This document shows positions 33,604 to 41,791 of a stretch of 64,000 nt of DNA, piece after piece. The stretch comes from a virus (Duplodnaviria > Heunggongvirae > Uroviricota > Caudoviricetes), in IMG/VR virus record IMGVR_UViG_2795385694_000001. One strand, given 5' to 3'. A program made the position numbers and the translations under genes. The notes beneath the pieces are model-generated. The model was not told the origin of the DNA. It was given only the letters and a program-made list of their open reading frames with translations, and made no database searches. The stretch's first letter is position 1, and each line of letters begins with the position of its first letter.

Positions 33604-34118
33604 CCGATGCCGTCCACAATGCCAAGGGCAACGGCTTCATCCATCGCCAAATACCATTCCTTGTCCCGCATGTGCTCACGGAACTCGTTGTAAGACAGCT
33701 TGCAACGGGTGTGAGCTTTGATGTAGCGCTCGACCCACTTCTCGCTGAACTCGAGCTCATTGCGTACCTGAGCCATCGTCTGGTCGTGAAAGGTCAGTAG
33801 CGGCTCATGGATGTAGATGTAGCCCATCTGCCCACCTAGACGTACGTCGCCAGCCTGGAGGATCAATGAGGCTGCAGAAGCGGCTCGTCCGCGCACACGA
33901 GTGGTGATGTGGTGTCCCCCACCACCGGCCTCAGACATTCGCACGAGCTCGTCATAGATGGCGTCCCCATGCTCCATGGATCCGCCTGGTGAGTTGATGA
34001 TCAACTCAATCGGACGCCCCGGGTGGTCGATACCAATATCGCGCAGGAGGTTGAGGGTCTTGCGTGCGCCCTTCTCGTCAATCTCGCCATGTAGCCACAG
34101 CTCTGCCGGTTCCATCAT
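33600..34118 (-). CDS. ClpP-like serine protease
   Basis: INSPGGSMEHGDAIYDEL and AASLILQAGD...GQMGYIYIHEP are ClpP-family motifs. Confidence 0.75.
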   Translation of the reverse strand: MMEPAELWLHGEIDEKGARKTLNLLRDIGIDHPGRPIELIINSPGGSMEHGDAIYDELVRMSEAGGGGHHITTRVRGRAASAASLILQAGDVRLGGQMGYIYIHEPLLTFHDQTMAQVRNELEFSEKWVERYIKAHTRCKLSYNEFREHMRDKEWYLAMDEAVALGIVDGIG

Positions 34119-34972
34119 GCAACTCGCTTCAGCTCAGGGACGACACGCAGCTTGCGGGCCCACTGGCCACCGCGAACAATGTCGCGGCCACGGGCGAGGG
34201 GAACCTCGTAAATCCCCCACCTCCATTTCCCGCGCTTATCGGGAGTCTGGGGACAGTGGAACATCAATGCTGTCTCGGTATCGCAGTCATGGTCAGCGAA
34301 TTCAGCCGTACTGTCACCGTTCGGCCAGAAGTCGGCCCATGGAATGTCTTGCTGGACAACTGAATCCTGATACAGCTGACCCATCACGTAAAGCGCCAGC
34401 TGAGCGCAGACACCCATGCGGTACTGGTCGTCCTTGCCGGTCTTGATGTCCACCATGTAGCGGACACCATTCCATTCGACAATGCGGTCAGCAGAACCAG
34501 CAGCGCGTAGCGTAGACACTCGGCCATCGGGTAGCTCCATGCGATCGTTCGCTTGGAGGAAGACCTCTCGCGCCAAGAACGTCATCCCGGGAATGGATGC
34601 GATGCACTCGTGATACCCGTCCAGAATGGGCTTCATATCCTCATCGACCAGTGACCAGTCGAGGTTGCCCTCTTCCAGGACTCCGGTGAAGTCGTGAATC
34701 GATGTTCCACGCGATGACTTGTTCATCGCACCGCCGATGGTCTCGGCCTGGTTGATGACTTCCTTGATCTCGCCCTTGCTCGAGTCCCAGCTGCCGCCCT
34801 TGGCGATGATCGCCTTCACGCGGTTGAGCAGCTGAGGGTTCTGCGCAAGGCCGAACATGGCGTTGGCCTGATGCCAGGCAAACAGCCCGTCCCCCGGCTT
34901 GTCCAAATCCTTAGCGAGAGTTGAACAACGGGAGTATGCGACCCTTCGTCCCCCATCGGGGGTGTACAGCAT
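34115..34972 (-). CDS. recombination exonuclease (YqaJ/lambda-Exo-like, PD-(D/E)xK)
   Basis: VDIKTGKDDQYRMGVCAQLALY motif; sits directly downstream of the annealase gene. Confidence 0.65.
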   Translation of the reverse strand: MLYTPDGGRRVAYSRCSTLAKDLDKPGDGLFAWHQANAMFGLAQNPQLLNRVKAIIAKGGSWDSSKGEIKEVINQAETIGGAMNKSSRGTSIHDFTGVLEEGNLDWSLVDEDMKPILDGYHECIASIPGMTFLAREVFLQANDRMELPDGRVSTLRAAGSADRIVEWNGVRYMVDIKTGKDDQYRMGVCAQLALYVMGQLYQDSVVQQDIPWADFWPNGDSTAEFADHDCDTETALMFHCPQTPDKRGKWRWGIYEVPLARGRDIVRGGQWARKLRVVPELKRVA

Positions 34973-35013
34973 GGGTCGCTGATACCGGTCCCGGGGGATT
35001 GCCCAGTCAGTAA

Positions 35014-35637
35014 TTAGGCACTCGCAAGCAGCTCGAAGTGGGTGGCAGTCGCAGTCAAGGCGTCCACGTCAGTGGAGCTCACCACGGCACCGCCATCTGG
35101 GTACTGCTCCGCGAACCAGACCTGCACGTCCTTCGATGCCACGCCAGCGGCCTTGGCTGCAGCCTTCACGCGCTCCAGCGCCTCTGCGGCCCCAGGGTTG
35201 GTGGTCTTCTTCGGGGCAGCCTTGCGTGGTGCGGCCTTGGCGGAAGCGGCGTTGCCATCATCATCAACATCGGCCACCAAGCCGAGTGCTGCCATGTAGG
35301 CGTAGCGGCGTGCGTAGGTGATCGCGGAGCCGTGGGCCTGTGGGTCGTTCTTCACTGGGTGAAGGACCATCGTGGAAGAGATCTGCTCGCCGCTCTCGTG
35401 GATGACAACAGTCTTGAGCGTGTCGTAAACCTTGCCATCGGCGTTGACATAGGAGGGCTGCTGGGAGACAGCAAGACCATGCTTAGCCAGCACCGGCTGA
35501 GCCTCGCGCATCACTGCCGGAAGGTCGGCGTACTTGGACTTGAAGAACGGGTTCGCCGTGTCCTTGGCGATCACCCCGAACTCGGACTGTGCAGCAACGA
35601 GGGCCTCTGCGAGGGTTGAGTGCTTGAATTCGCTCAC
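35014..35637 (-). CDS. single-strand annealing protein (Erf/RecT-like recombinase)
   Basis: KDTANPFFKSKYADLPAVMREAQPVLAKHGL resembles the Erf-type NxFxKxKY motif; Ala/Lys-rich C-terminus. Confidence 0.7.
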   Translation of the reverse strand: MSEFKHSTLAEALVAAQSEFGVIAKDTANPFFKSKYADLPAVMREAQPVLAKHGLAVSQQPSYVNADGKVYDTLKTVVIHESGEQISSTMVLHPVKNDPQAHGSAITYARRYAYMAALGLVADVDDDGNAASAKAAPRKAAPKKTTNPGAAEALERVKAAAKAAGVASKDVQVWFAEQYPDGGAVVSSTDVDALTATATHFELLASA

Positions 35638-35704
35638 CAGTCAGTAGCTCCTATGTAGAGAAAAACGAACAAAACGACTCCCCATGGCCACCATGGGATT
35701 TGAA

Positions 35705-35932
35705 TCACTTAGAAAAATCTTCAAGAGACTTAGCCACCAGCCAGACCATTCCGGCAACGAGCGCGATCACCACCGCGAGCGCAATCGGGCCCCAGAGAGG
35801 GGCAGTGACCCACCACCACGACCAATCCTGAACCGGGTTCTCCCAAGGGCAGATTTTCATCATGGCGAGAATGCCGAAGAGAACCGTTCCGCCTAGACCC
35901 GAAATCGCCTGAGAATTCCCAGAATCACTCAC
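35705..35932 (-). CDS. small two-TM membrane protein
   Basis: GTG start with GTGA overlap; GTVLFGILAMMKI and WVTAPLWGPIALAVVIALVAGMVWLV. Confidence 0.4.
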   Translation of the reverse strand: MSDSGNSQAISGLGGTVLFGILAMMKICPWENPVQDWSWWWVTAPLWGPIALAVVIALVAGMVWLVAKSLEDFSK

Positions 35933-36360
35933 GCTGGTGTCACCTTCTTCTGAGCCTGCAGGACTGTGCCGTGGTTCCGGGCAACCCCTCGGACAAGTTC
36001 GACAACCTGTCCCTGAGTGCGGCTCGGGTCGTCGTTGTAAGCCGACACGTCCCCGCCGAATCCAGCTGGGATGGCGCGCGAGATCAACCGGTGAGCACCC
36101 CACCAAGCGCGCATATCGTCCCGAGCGGCGGACTTACCCACCGCAGCGTCCAAGGCTCCAAGGATGTCGTAGCGCACGGTGTCCCCGATACGCTCATGTC
36201 GCACACCCTGCGTCCAACCATTTGCCAGAAGGCGCGCCGCAATCTGGAGTGTTGCCGCTACAGCCTCGGGATCATCCAGCACCACAACGTTATTCTTGCG
36301 GGCGAGACGGCGTAGCCAATCAGCAGTAGACATAGCTGTAATTTTATCAACTACCCACAT
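35929..36360 (-). CDS. hypothetical protein
   Basis: ATG 36360 is the central CATG of a CTACCCACATGATG motif. Confidence 0.5.
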   Translation of the reverse strand: MWVVDKITAMSTADWLRRLARKNNVVVLDDPEAVAATLQIAARLLANGWTQGVRHERIGDTVRYDILGALDAAVGKSAARDDMRAWWGAHRLISRAIPAGFGGDVSAYNDDPSRTQGQVVELVRGVARNHGTVLQAQKKVTPA

Positions 36361-36623
36361 GATGCAGTTTGCTGGCGAATCATCCAGCTGTTGTCACGAG
36401 TCTTGTCGAGATCCCATGGCTCAGCACCCATATTCCGTAGCTCACGACACACCCTGGTGCGCTGAATCTTGAGTGTCAGCACGGCGTCAGCGTCAGATTC
36501 CCTGTGCCGCTCACGAATTGACTCATCAAGCAGGAAGAGGTCGAGAAGCTTCTCGTTCCTATTCTCCAGAAACTTGGCTGCGGATTCACTCACGCATACC
36601 AGGCTGAGCCCATACACCGACAT
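36351..36623 (-). CDS. hypothetical protein
   Basis: Start at MSVYGLSL, whose ATG lies in the motif variant ACCCACACGAACATG. Confidence 0.4.
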   Translation of the reverse strand: MSVYGLSLVCVSESAAKFLENRNEKLLDLFLLDESIRERHRESDADAVLTLKIQRTRVCRELRNMGAEPWDLDKTRDNSWMIRQQTASCG

Positions 36624-37109
36624 GTTCGTGTGGGTATGAGCGCCGAGGGACACGACCCCCTCGGCGGCGCGACTGCGCACTCAGGTCGACAGGAAGGGAT
36701 ACTACTTTGCTCGGCCTCCCTGAGTCTCGAAACCCATTCTACTGATCCTGGCTTAGATGGAATCCCACAACGGAAATAATGAACCATTTCCGCAGGTCAG
36801 GGTGTTTCACCCACATGAACCCATGCGCCATGTCGTAGCCTCCTAAAAGGAGAGTGCGAACGCAGTGAGCACGCACCTCCCGCTAGGGAGGCCCACGCCG
36901 GATTGGCGTGGCTGCCCGGAGGGCATCAACCTCCAGACCGCAGCGTCCCCACTTGAGCATGGTTCTCGGTGAAATGAATAACCCTTGCACTCAAGGTATC
37001 TCACGTTGAGATGGAGGTAGTCGTTACGTAAGTCGGGAACGGTACTAGAGCGCGTGCGCGCGAGCCCGCTACCCACATGAACCCGAAATGCGCTGCAAGA
37101 CTTTGACGC

Positions 37110-37577
37110 ATGGGAATTGAAGTACAGAAGGCTCGCGGGAACGAGGTCATCTACCGCACCCCGGACGGCCCGATCCACATCAAGGCTTGGGATGACGAGA
37201 ATGGTAGGTGGTACGTATCGCTGAACGCCCCTGACCGGTACCCGAACGGATCACGCAAGCAAACTACCCGCACCCTGCATATCGGCACGCAGTTTCGCGG
37301 CGATATCGAGGCGTTTGTCCAGGCATTCGCAACGATCTACGAGGCGGCCAGCGCTCCGAAGTCTCTAGAACCCCTCCGTGTGCTTACGTCCCTAGACTGC
37401 GATGAAGCGCGTGACGGCACGGTGTGGGCTGACTCGGATGAGGGATTCCCTTTCCACTACCGATTCCGGGGTAGTCACTGGGAATATTTCGCTCTCGAGG
37501 GTGAGCGCAGGTGGGCGGCGCTGGACGACCCACACTTGCTTAGCGGTTGCGGCCCCTATGTCGAGGTGCCCGCGTGA
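37110..37577 (+). CDS. hypothetical protein with a C-terminal SLDCDEARDGTVW domain
   Basis: First gene of the + strand island; C-terminal domain paralogous to the 10110..11153 product. Confidence 0.55.
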   Translation: MGIEVQKARGNEVIYRTPDGPIHIKAWDDENGRWYVSLNAPDRYPNGSRKQTTRTLHIGTQFRGDIEAFVQAFATIYEAASAPKSLEPLRVLTSLDCDEARDGTVWADSDEGFPFHYRFRGSHWEYFALEGERRWAALDDPHLLSGCGPYVEVPA

Positions 37578-38242
37578 GCCATCGCTCCCCTCGCCACAAA
37601 GAGGTCGCATCAAAAGGACTAATCCTCCTCGCTGAGGTTGGATCCGGCCTCCACGGTGTGACCCTGGAGGGCACCGACGACCATGACGAGATGGGTATCT
37701 GCATTCCCCCACCGGAATGCGTTCTGGGCCTGGAGAAGTTCGAGCAGTACACCGATCGTTGGCACTCAGACGGGACACGCATTCCTGACGGAGTGCGCAG
37801 TCAGCATGGCGATACCGACCACACGACGTATGCGCTGAACAAGTGGGCTCGCCTTGCAGCGCAGGGGAACCCGACCGTTCTACTCCCGTTGTTCGCACCC
37901 AAGGGAAAGATCTATAAGCAGACGCTGGAGGGCACTCAACTTCTTAGGGCCCGGAGTCTGTTCCTCTCGAGGGACGCTGGATGGCGGTTCCATGGGTATC
38001 TGAAAGCCCAGCGTGCGCGCATGATCGGCGAAAAGGGTGTGTCGAAACACAAGAATCGCCGCGAGCTGGTGGAGCAGTTCGGTTTCGACACGAAGATGGC
38101 CTACCACGCTCTGCGCCTGGCTGTTCAGGGTTCAGAATTGATGACTCGCCAAACCATCACAGTTCCCATGGCTGCTTCGAACGTGAGTTGGCTTCGGTAC
38201 GTGCGCAATGGCGGGGCATCACTCGAGGACGTGACGCGGTAG
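37574..38242 (+). CDS. Pol-beta superfamily nucleotidyltransferase; ORF ends at an in-frame TAG with a coding-like 44-codon extension to 38377
   Basis: LLAEVGSGLHGVTLEGTDDHDEMGI matches the hG[GS]x9-13DhDh NTase motif; GTG start overlaps the upstream stop. Confidence 0.55.
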   Translation: MSHRSPRHKEVASKGLILLAEVGSGLHGVTLEGTDDHDEMGICIPPPECVLGLEKFEQYTDRWHSDGTRIPDGVRSQHGDTDHTTYALNKWARLAAQGNPTVLLPLFAPKGKIYKQTLEGTQLLRARSLFLSRDAGWRFHGYLKAQRARMIGEKGVSKHKNRRELVEQFGFDTKMAYHALRLAVQGSELMTRQTITVPMAASNVSWLRYVRNGGASLEDVTR

Positions 38243-38395
38243 CTGGATCGCCTTACCGCTGCGCTCGAAATCGACATCGCGGCCTCGAGCCTCCCCGATC
38301 ACGTCGACCACGACCAACTGAACGACTTTCTCATCGGCCTGCACTACAGCTACTGGAAATGCACCGGTCAACTCTAAACACGAAGGGATAAGCAT

Positions 38396-38755
38396 ATGAG
38401 CAACAAGCGCAAGGACAGCATCGGAGTTCTCTCCAAGACCCAGGGAATGGTCAAGCTCGCGAAGCCGGGACCACCTGTTGCGGTTGGCACTCGCGTCACT
38501 GGGCACAACCTGGGCGCAGTGACGCACATTATCTCGATCGAAGCTGAGCGCGTAGGTGAGAAGCGTGCCATCGGTATCACTTTCAATGAGGATGGCAGCC
38601 TTCACGCTGTGACCGTCCACTCCGCCGAAGGTCCGCTCGCGGAATTCAAGCCAGGCACCCTCCTGAGCATTGGCGATAGTGGAGACCTTGTCGTCTTCGA
38701 TGAGGAGTACTTCTTCGACCCCGTCAGCGGTGCCAGGGTGGTTGAGGTTCGCTGA
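38396..38755 (+). CDS. hypothetical protein
   Basis: ATG after ACACGAAGGGATAAGCAT start-associated motif. Confidence 0.55.
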   Translation: MSNKRKDSIGVLSKTQGMVKLAKPGPPVAVGTRVTGHNLGAVTHIISIEAERVGEKRAIGITFNEDGSLHAVTVHSAEGPLAEFKPGTLLSIGDSGDLVVFDEEYFFDPVSGARVVEVR

Positions 38756-39024
38756 TGAAGACCTACGTCCACAACCCCACTGAGGTTGAGGCTATCCAGG
38801 TAGTGCGGCCATGGAAGGGCGTTCAGGACGCTGTCCCGTTCGCTCACATGGTGAAGAAAGCCTCTGGCGCGTTCGACTACTTCAAGGTTTCATTTCCCGG
38901 CATCTCAGAGGTTGAGCGCGCGTACGAAGGTGACTGGATCGTGAAGGACCACGGTTACTACGAAGTGCTCACGAATGTTCAGTTCCAGTATTACTACGGA
39001 GATGCCAATGGCCACGGCGACTGA
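38755..39024 (+). CDS. hypothetical protein
   Basis: TGATG overlap with the upstream gene. Confidence 0.5.
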   Translation: MKTYVHNPTEVEAIQVVRPWKGVQDAVPFAHMVKKASGAFDYFKVSFPGISEVERAYEGDWIVKDHGYYEVLTNVQFQYYYGDANGHGD

Positions 39025-39292
39025 GGCGGATGTCTCGCATCTGGTGGAGTCGGCATTTGATGAATGCGGATCCACCAATAATGATGTCGAGCATCAGGGC
39101 AAAATCGCGGCGCTTTGGGTTGGTCACACTTGCGCTACCTACCTCATGTGCGAGGCACACTTCAAGCGGGCAATCGACGTGCATATCCCTCGGCACAATC
39201 TCAAGATTGCGCAGATTGGCCACATCACCTGCGCGCTGTGTGATCGAAAGTTCCTCACCGCAGAGGAGTTCGTGAAGGTGTATCCACTATGA
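39008..39292 (+). CDS. hypothetical Cys-rich protein
   Basis: ATG 39008 with GGAG RBS; 7 Cys/His residues. Confidence 0.45.
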   Translation: MATATEADVSHLVESAFDECGSTNNDVEHQGKIAALWVGHTCATYLMCEAHFKRAIDVHIPRHNLKIAQIGHITCALCDRKFLTAEEFVKVYPL

Positions 39293-39906
39293 CCATCACA
39301 CTCCCCGACCTTGGGGATCTCGACATGGAGTCCGTGTTGGAGAACTCCTACAAGGACTTCCACTGCAAGGGCTTTGATTACCTCTGCCTGTTTCGCTCAC
39401 CTGAGCTCACGCTGAAGGCCTACTTCTTCGAGGGTGACGCCCAGGACGCGAGTGAGGTGGTGAACCCTCACAACCATCGCTACGACTTCCACACCACGTG
39501 CCTGTCCGGCGCGGTGGAGAATCGCTGGTACCGGTCCTACCCATTCACCTTCGACGCTGAGTCGAAGCCACAGAACTACAACATGTTTGACTGGCACACG
39601 CCTCTCAACGGTGGTGGTGGCTTCACGATCTCTGGTGAGATCACGTTGCAGAATTACAAGTCGATCCAACGCACCCCTGGTGGTGGATACCGGATGGCTG
39701 CAGATGAGCTGCACACCATCAAGATCCTGAAGCCAGACACAGTTCTGTTTCTCGTGCAGTACGAAGACGTGGTGCCATTGGACCAGCCAACGCAGACATT
39801 TACTCAGTCTGTCCAGCCACCTGACCTGTCGGGCCTGTACAACAAGTTCACCGCCGACCAGGCAGTGAAGAGGATTAAGCAGCTCCAGGAGCTGGCGAGG
39901 CCCTGA
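39289..39906 (+). CDS. hypothetical protein, possible cupin-like metalloprotein (NPHNHRYDFH)
   Basis: ATGA overlap upstream; His cluster. Confidence 0.45.
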   Translation: MTITLPDLGDLDMESVLENSYKDFHCKGFDYLCLFRSPELTLKAYFFEGDAQDASEVVNPHNHRYDFHTTCLSGAVENRWYRSYPFTFDAESKPQNYNMFDWHTPLNGGGGFTISGEITLQNYKSIQRTPGGGYRMAADELHTIKILKPDTVLFLVQYEDVVPLDQPTQTFTQSVQPPDLSGLYNKFTADQAVKRIKQLQELARP

Positions 39907-39926
39907 GACCCCCTGTAACGAAAGAA

Positions 39927-39959
39927 CCCCGGCTCACTATGGAGTCGGGGTTTTCTCTT
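39927..39959 (+). terminator. rho-independent (probably bidirectional) terminator
   Basis: CCCCGGCTC-ACTATG-GAGTCGGGG stem followed by TTTTCTCTT; lies between convergent genes. Confidence 0.6.
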
Positions 39960-39981
39960 GCCTACAGCCAGCTGAGGGCAG

Positions 39982-40233
39982 CTATGCGGCCAATGCACGG
40001 TAGTCCGCAATCAGCTCCTTCAGCTCCTCGGAGGCGAAGCCCTCCCAGACATTGTCGTCATCGATCAGCACAACAGGTGCGTTCATGAACCCGTGAGACG
40101 TCACGCGCTGATGCCATGTCGCGTCCTCGTCCAGACGGATCTCCTCGAAAGGGATCTCGTTCTTCTTGAGCTGGTTCTTCACCAACGTGCAGCGGTGACA
40201 GGACGGCCCGGTTGAAAAGACAGTGATGGTCAA
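39982..40233 (-). CDS. nrdH: NrdH-like glutaredoxin
   Basis: MTITVFSTGPSCHRCTLVK has the CxxC redox motif in a thioredoxin fold; ~83 aa. Confidence 0.75.
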   Translation of the reverse strand: MTITVFSTGPSCHRCTLVKNQLKKNEIPFEEIRLDEDATWHQRVTSHGFMNAPVVLIDDDNVWEGFASEELKELIADYRALAA

Positions 40234-40241
40234 GAGATTCC

Positions 40242-41207
40242 TTAAAGCGAACGCAGGTATGCCACTGCGGGTTCGATGTCGTAATTGATGTGAGGAAGGG
40301 TTGGCGGCGATTGTGCGACGAACTGACCGCCATAGATGATTGCCCTGAACACTGCGAAGATCTCCACGGGTGGATTGCGGATAATCTGCCCGACCTGTTC
40401 CAGAAGAGAGTCGGCCCCGATGAAGGCGTTCTTCAACTCCTGAACCACGCGGTAGACGGCGGTCATCATCTCTCCGGTTTTATCGTCCGGGGTGTCGGTG
40501 TAGATATCGCGGCCCCACACGCTGTTGGCCCCGTGGGCGTAGTCGTACCACCATGCCGGGGTGTCAACCAGGTGATCGTCGCCAATTCCGCGACCTGCCG
40601 GAACGGGCCAACCTGCGGCGCGGTTTCCGTTCGCCACGCCGACCTCACGACATGGGTTGCCATAAGTGACTGCACCGATGATGCGATCCTCGAGGTCGGT
40701 GCCCTTGATGTAGCGCTTCCACACCATCGAGGTGACAATGGCTCCCTGCGAGTAGCCGACCAGGACGAACTTTGCGGCCGGGAAACGGTCCAACCGCAGC
40801 TTCATCTGCCTCAGCAGTTCCGCGATACCAGCGTCCACCGAAGGCCCCATCGGGAATGCAGCAGCGGGATAGCCAATCCCCTGCCAGCGGAACAAGTCGA
40901 GAACCGCACGTGCCAGGTCAGCCGGATAGCCAGCGTCCCAGCCCGCTCCCGTGCCAGCGACAGTGAACAGCCACGGCTTCAACGCCTCAGGAACCCCGAG
41001 CGCCTTCTGCGTGGCGAAGTCCATCACGCCGTCAGTGCGTAGGCCACCCTTGTTGCGCTGGAAAGTCTTCAGGGCTTCGGTCAGCTCTGAGGTGAACTTC
41101 TCGGTGAGTTTCAGTGACTTGCCGTACGAGAACTTCGCGCGCAACTCCCCAATCGCCGCGAGAACAGGCAGGCCTTCCATGCCTTCCTGCCAGCCAATCC
41201 ATGCCAT
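40242..41207 (-). CDS. lysB: lysin B (mycolylarabinogalactan esterase)
   Basis: N-terminal peptidoglycan-binding domain; cutinase-like core with VLVGYSQGAIV catalytic Ser motif. Confidence 0.85.
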   Translation of the reverse strand: MAWIGWQEGMEGLPVLAAIGELRAKFSYGKSLKLTEKFTSELTEALKTFQRNKGGLRTDGVMDFATQKALGVPEALKPWLFTVAGTGAGWDAGYPADLARAVLDLFRWQGIGYPAAAFPMGPSVDAGIAELLRQMKLRLDRFPAAKFVLVGYSQGAIVTSMVWKRYIKGTDLEDRIIGAVTYGNPCREVGVANGNRAAGWPVPAGRGIGDDHLVDTPAWWYDYAHGANSVWGRDIYTDTPDDKTGEMMTAVYRVVQELKNAFIGADSLLEQVGQIIRNPPVEIFAVFRAIIYGGQFVAQSPPTLPHINYDIEPAVAYLRSL

Positions 41208-41270
41208 GGGTACTTCTTTCAGAGATGACGAACGGACCCACCAATAGCGGTGAGCCCGTCGCGTTTTGGG

Positions 41271-41585
41271 TTAGTGAGAGGTGCGGTACTGGTCGATCAA
41301 TTCCTGAACCAACTCCGGGTTGGCCTTCACCACAGCCTCAACGTGAACGGGGTCAGTCGAGCCCTCATGGAGGATCTTCTCCACCAAGTCCACGGCGGTC
41401 TTGTTCTTCTTCAGGAACGTCAAAACTGCAGTAACACCTGCGAATCCGACCATGAGTCCATGAACCCAGTTGGGCGGCAGGCCATCAGCGATGGCAAGAA
41501 CAGTCCCTTCCTGAGCGGCGAGCGCGCCGAGGAAGGCTACAAGGGCCTTGTAGATCTCAGGTAGGCGACGTAGGAGATCCATCAC
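41271..41585 (-). CDS. putative holin or membrane protein
   Basis: Hydrophobic segments; located between lysin A and lysin B. Confidence 0.4.
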   Translation of the reverse strand: MMDLLRRLPEIYKALVAFLGALAAQEGTVLAIADGLPPNWVHGLMVGFAGVTAVLTFLKKNKTAVDLVEKILHEGSTDPVHVEAVVKANPELVQELIDQYRTSH

Positions 41586-41791
41586 TTACCTCCGAACAAC
41601 TTTCCGATCGGTCCGAGAAACTGCTCTACCGCGTTCCCAACCGTCTTCTCGATGCAGTCGGGAAGCATCTCCCAGGCTTCGTTCTTGGCCTGCTGGATCT
41701 CCTCGCGGATGATCTTCTCGATCACCGGCTTGAGCTCGCGAACAATCGGCGAAACAAACGCCTCTCCAACGAACTTCGCTACAGCGCTCAC
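41582..41791 (-). CDS. hypothetical protein
   Basis: ORF track; ATGA overlaps. Confidence 0.4.
   Translation of the reverse strand: MSAVAKFVGEAFVSPIVRELKPVIEKIIREEIQQAKNEAWEMLPDCIEKTVGNAVEQFLGPIGKLFGGK

Noticed and set aside
36179-36472. + strand ORF whose last 37 codons start at the motif ATG at 36359
   Set aside because: It lies antisense to two - strand genes. More likely incidental, although the motif ATG is noted in the findings.
37981-38391. 136-aa + strand ORF spanning the NTase stop
   Set aside because: Wrong frame relative to the GC3-biased frame. The in-frame extension of the NTase ORF explains the coding signal.
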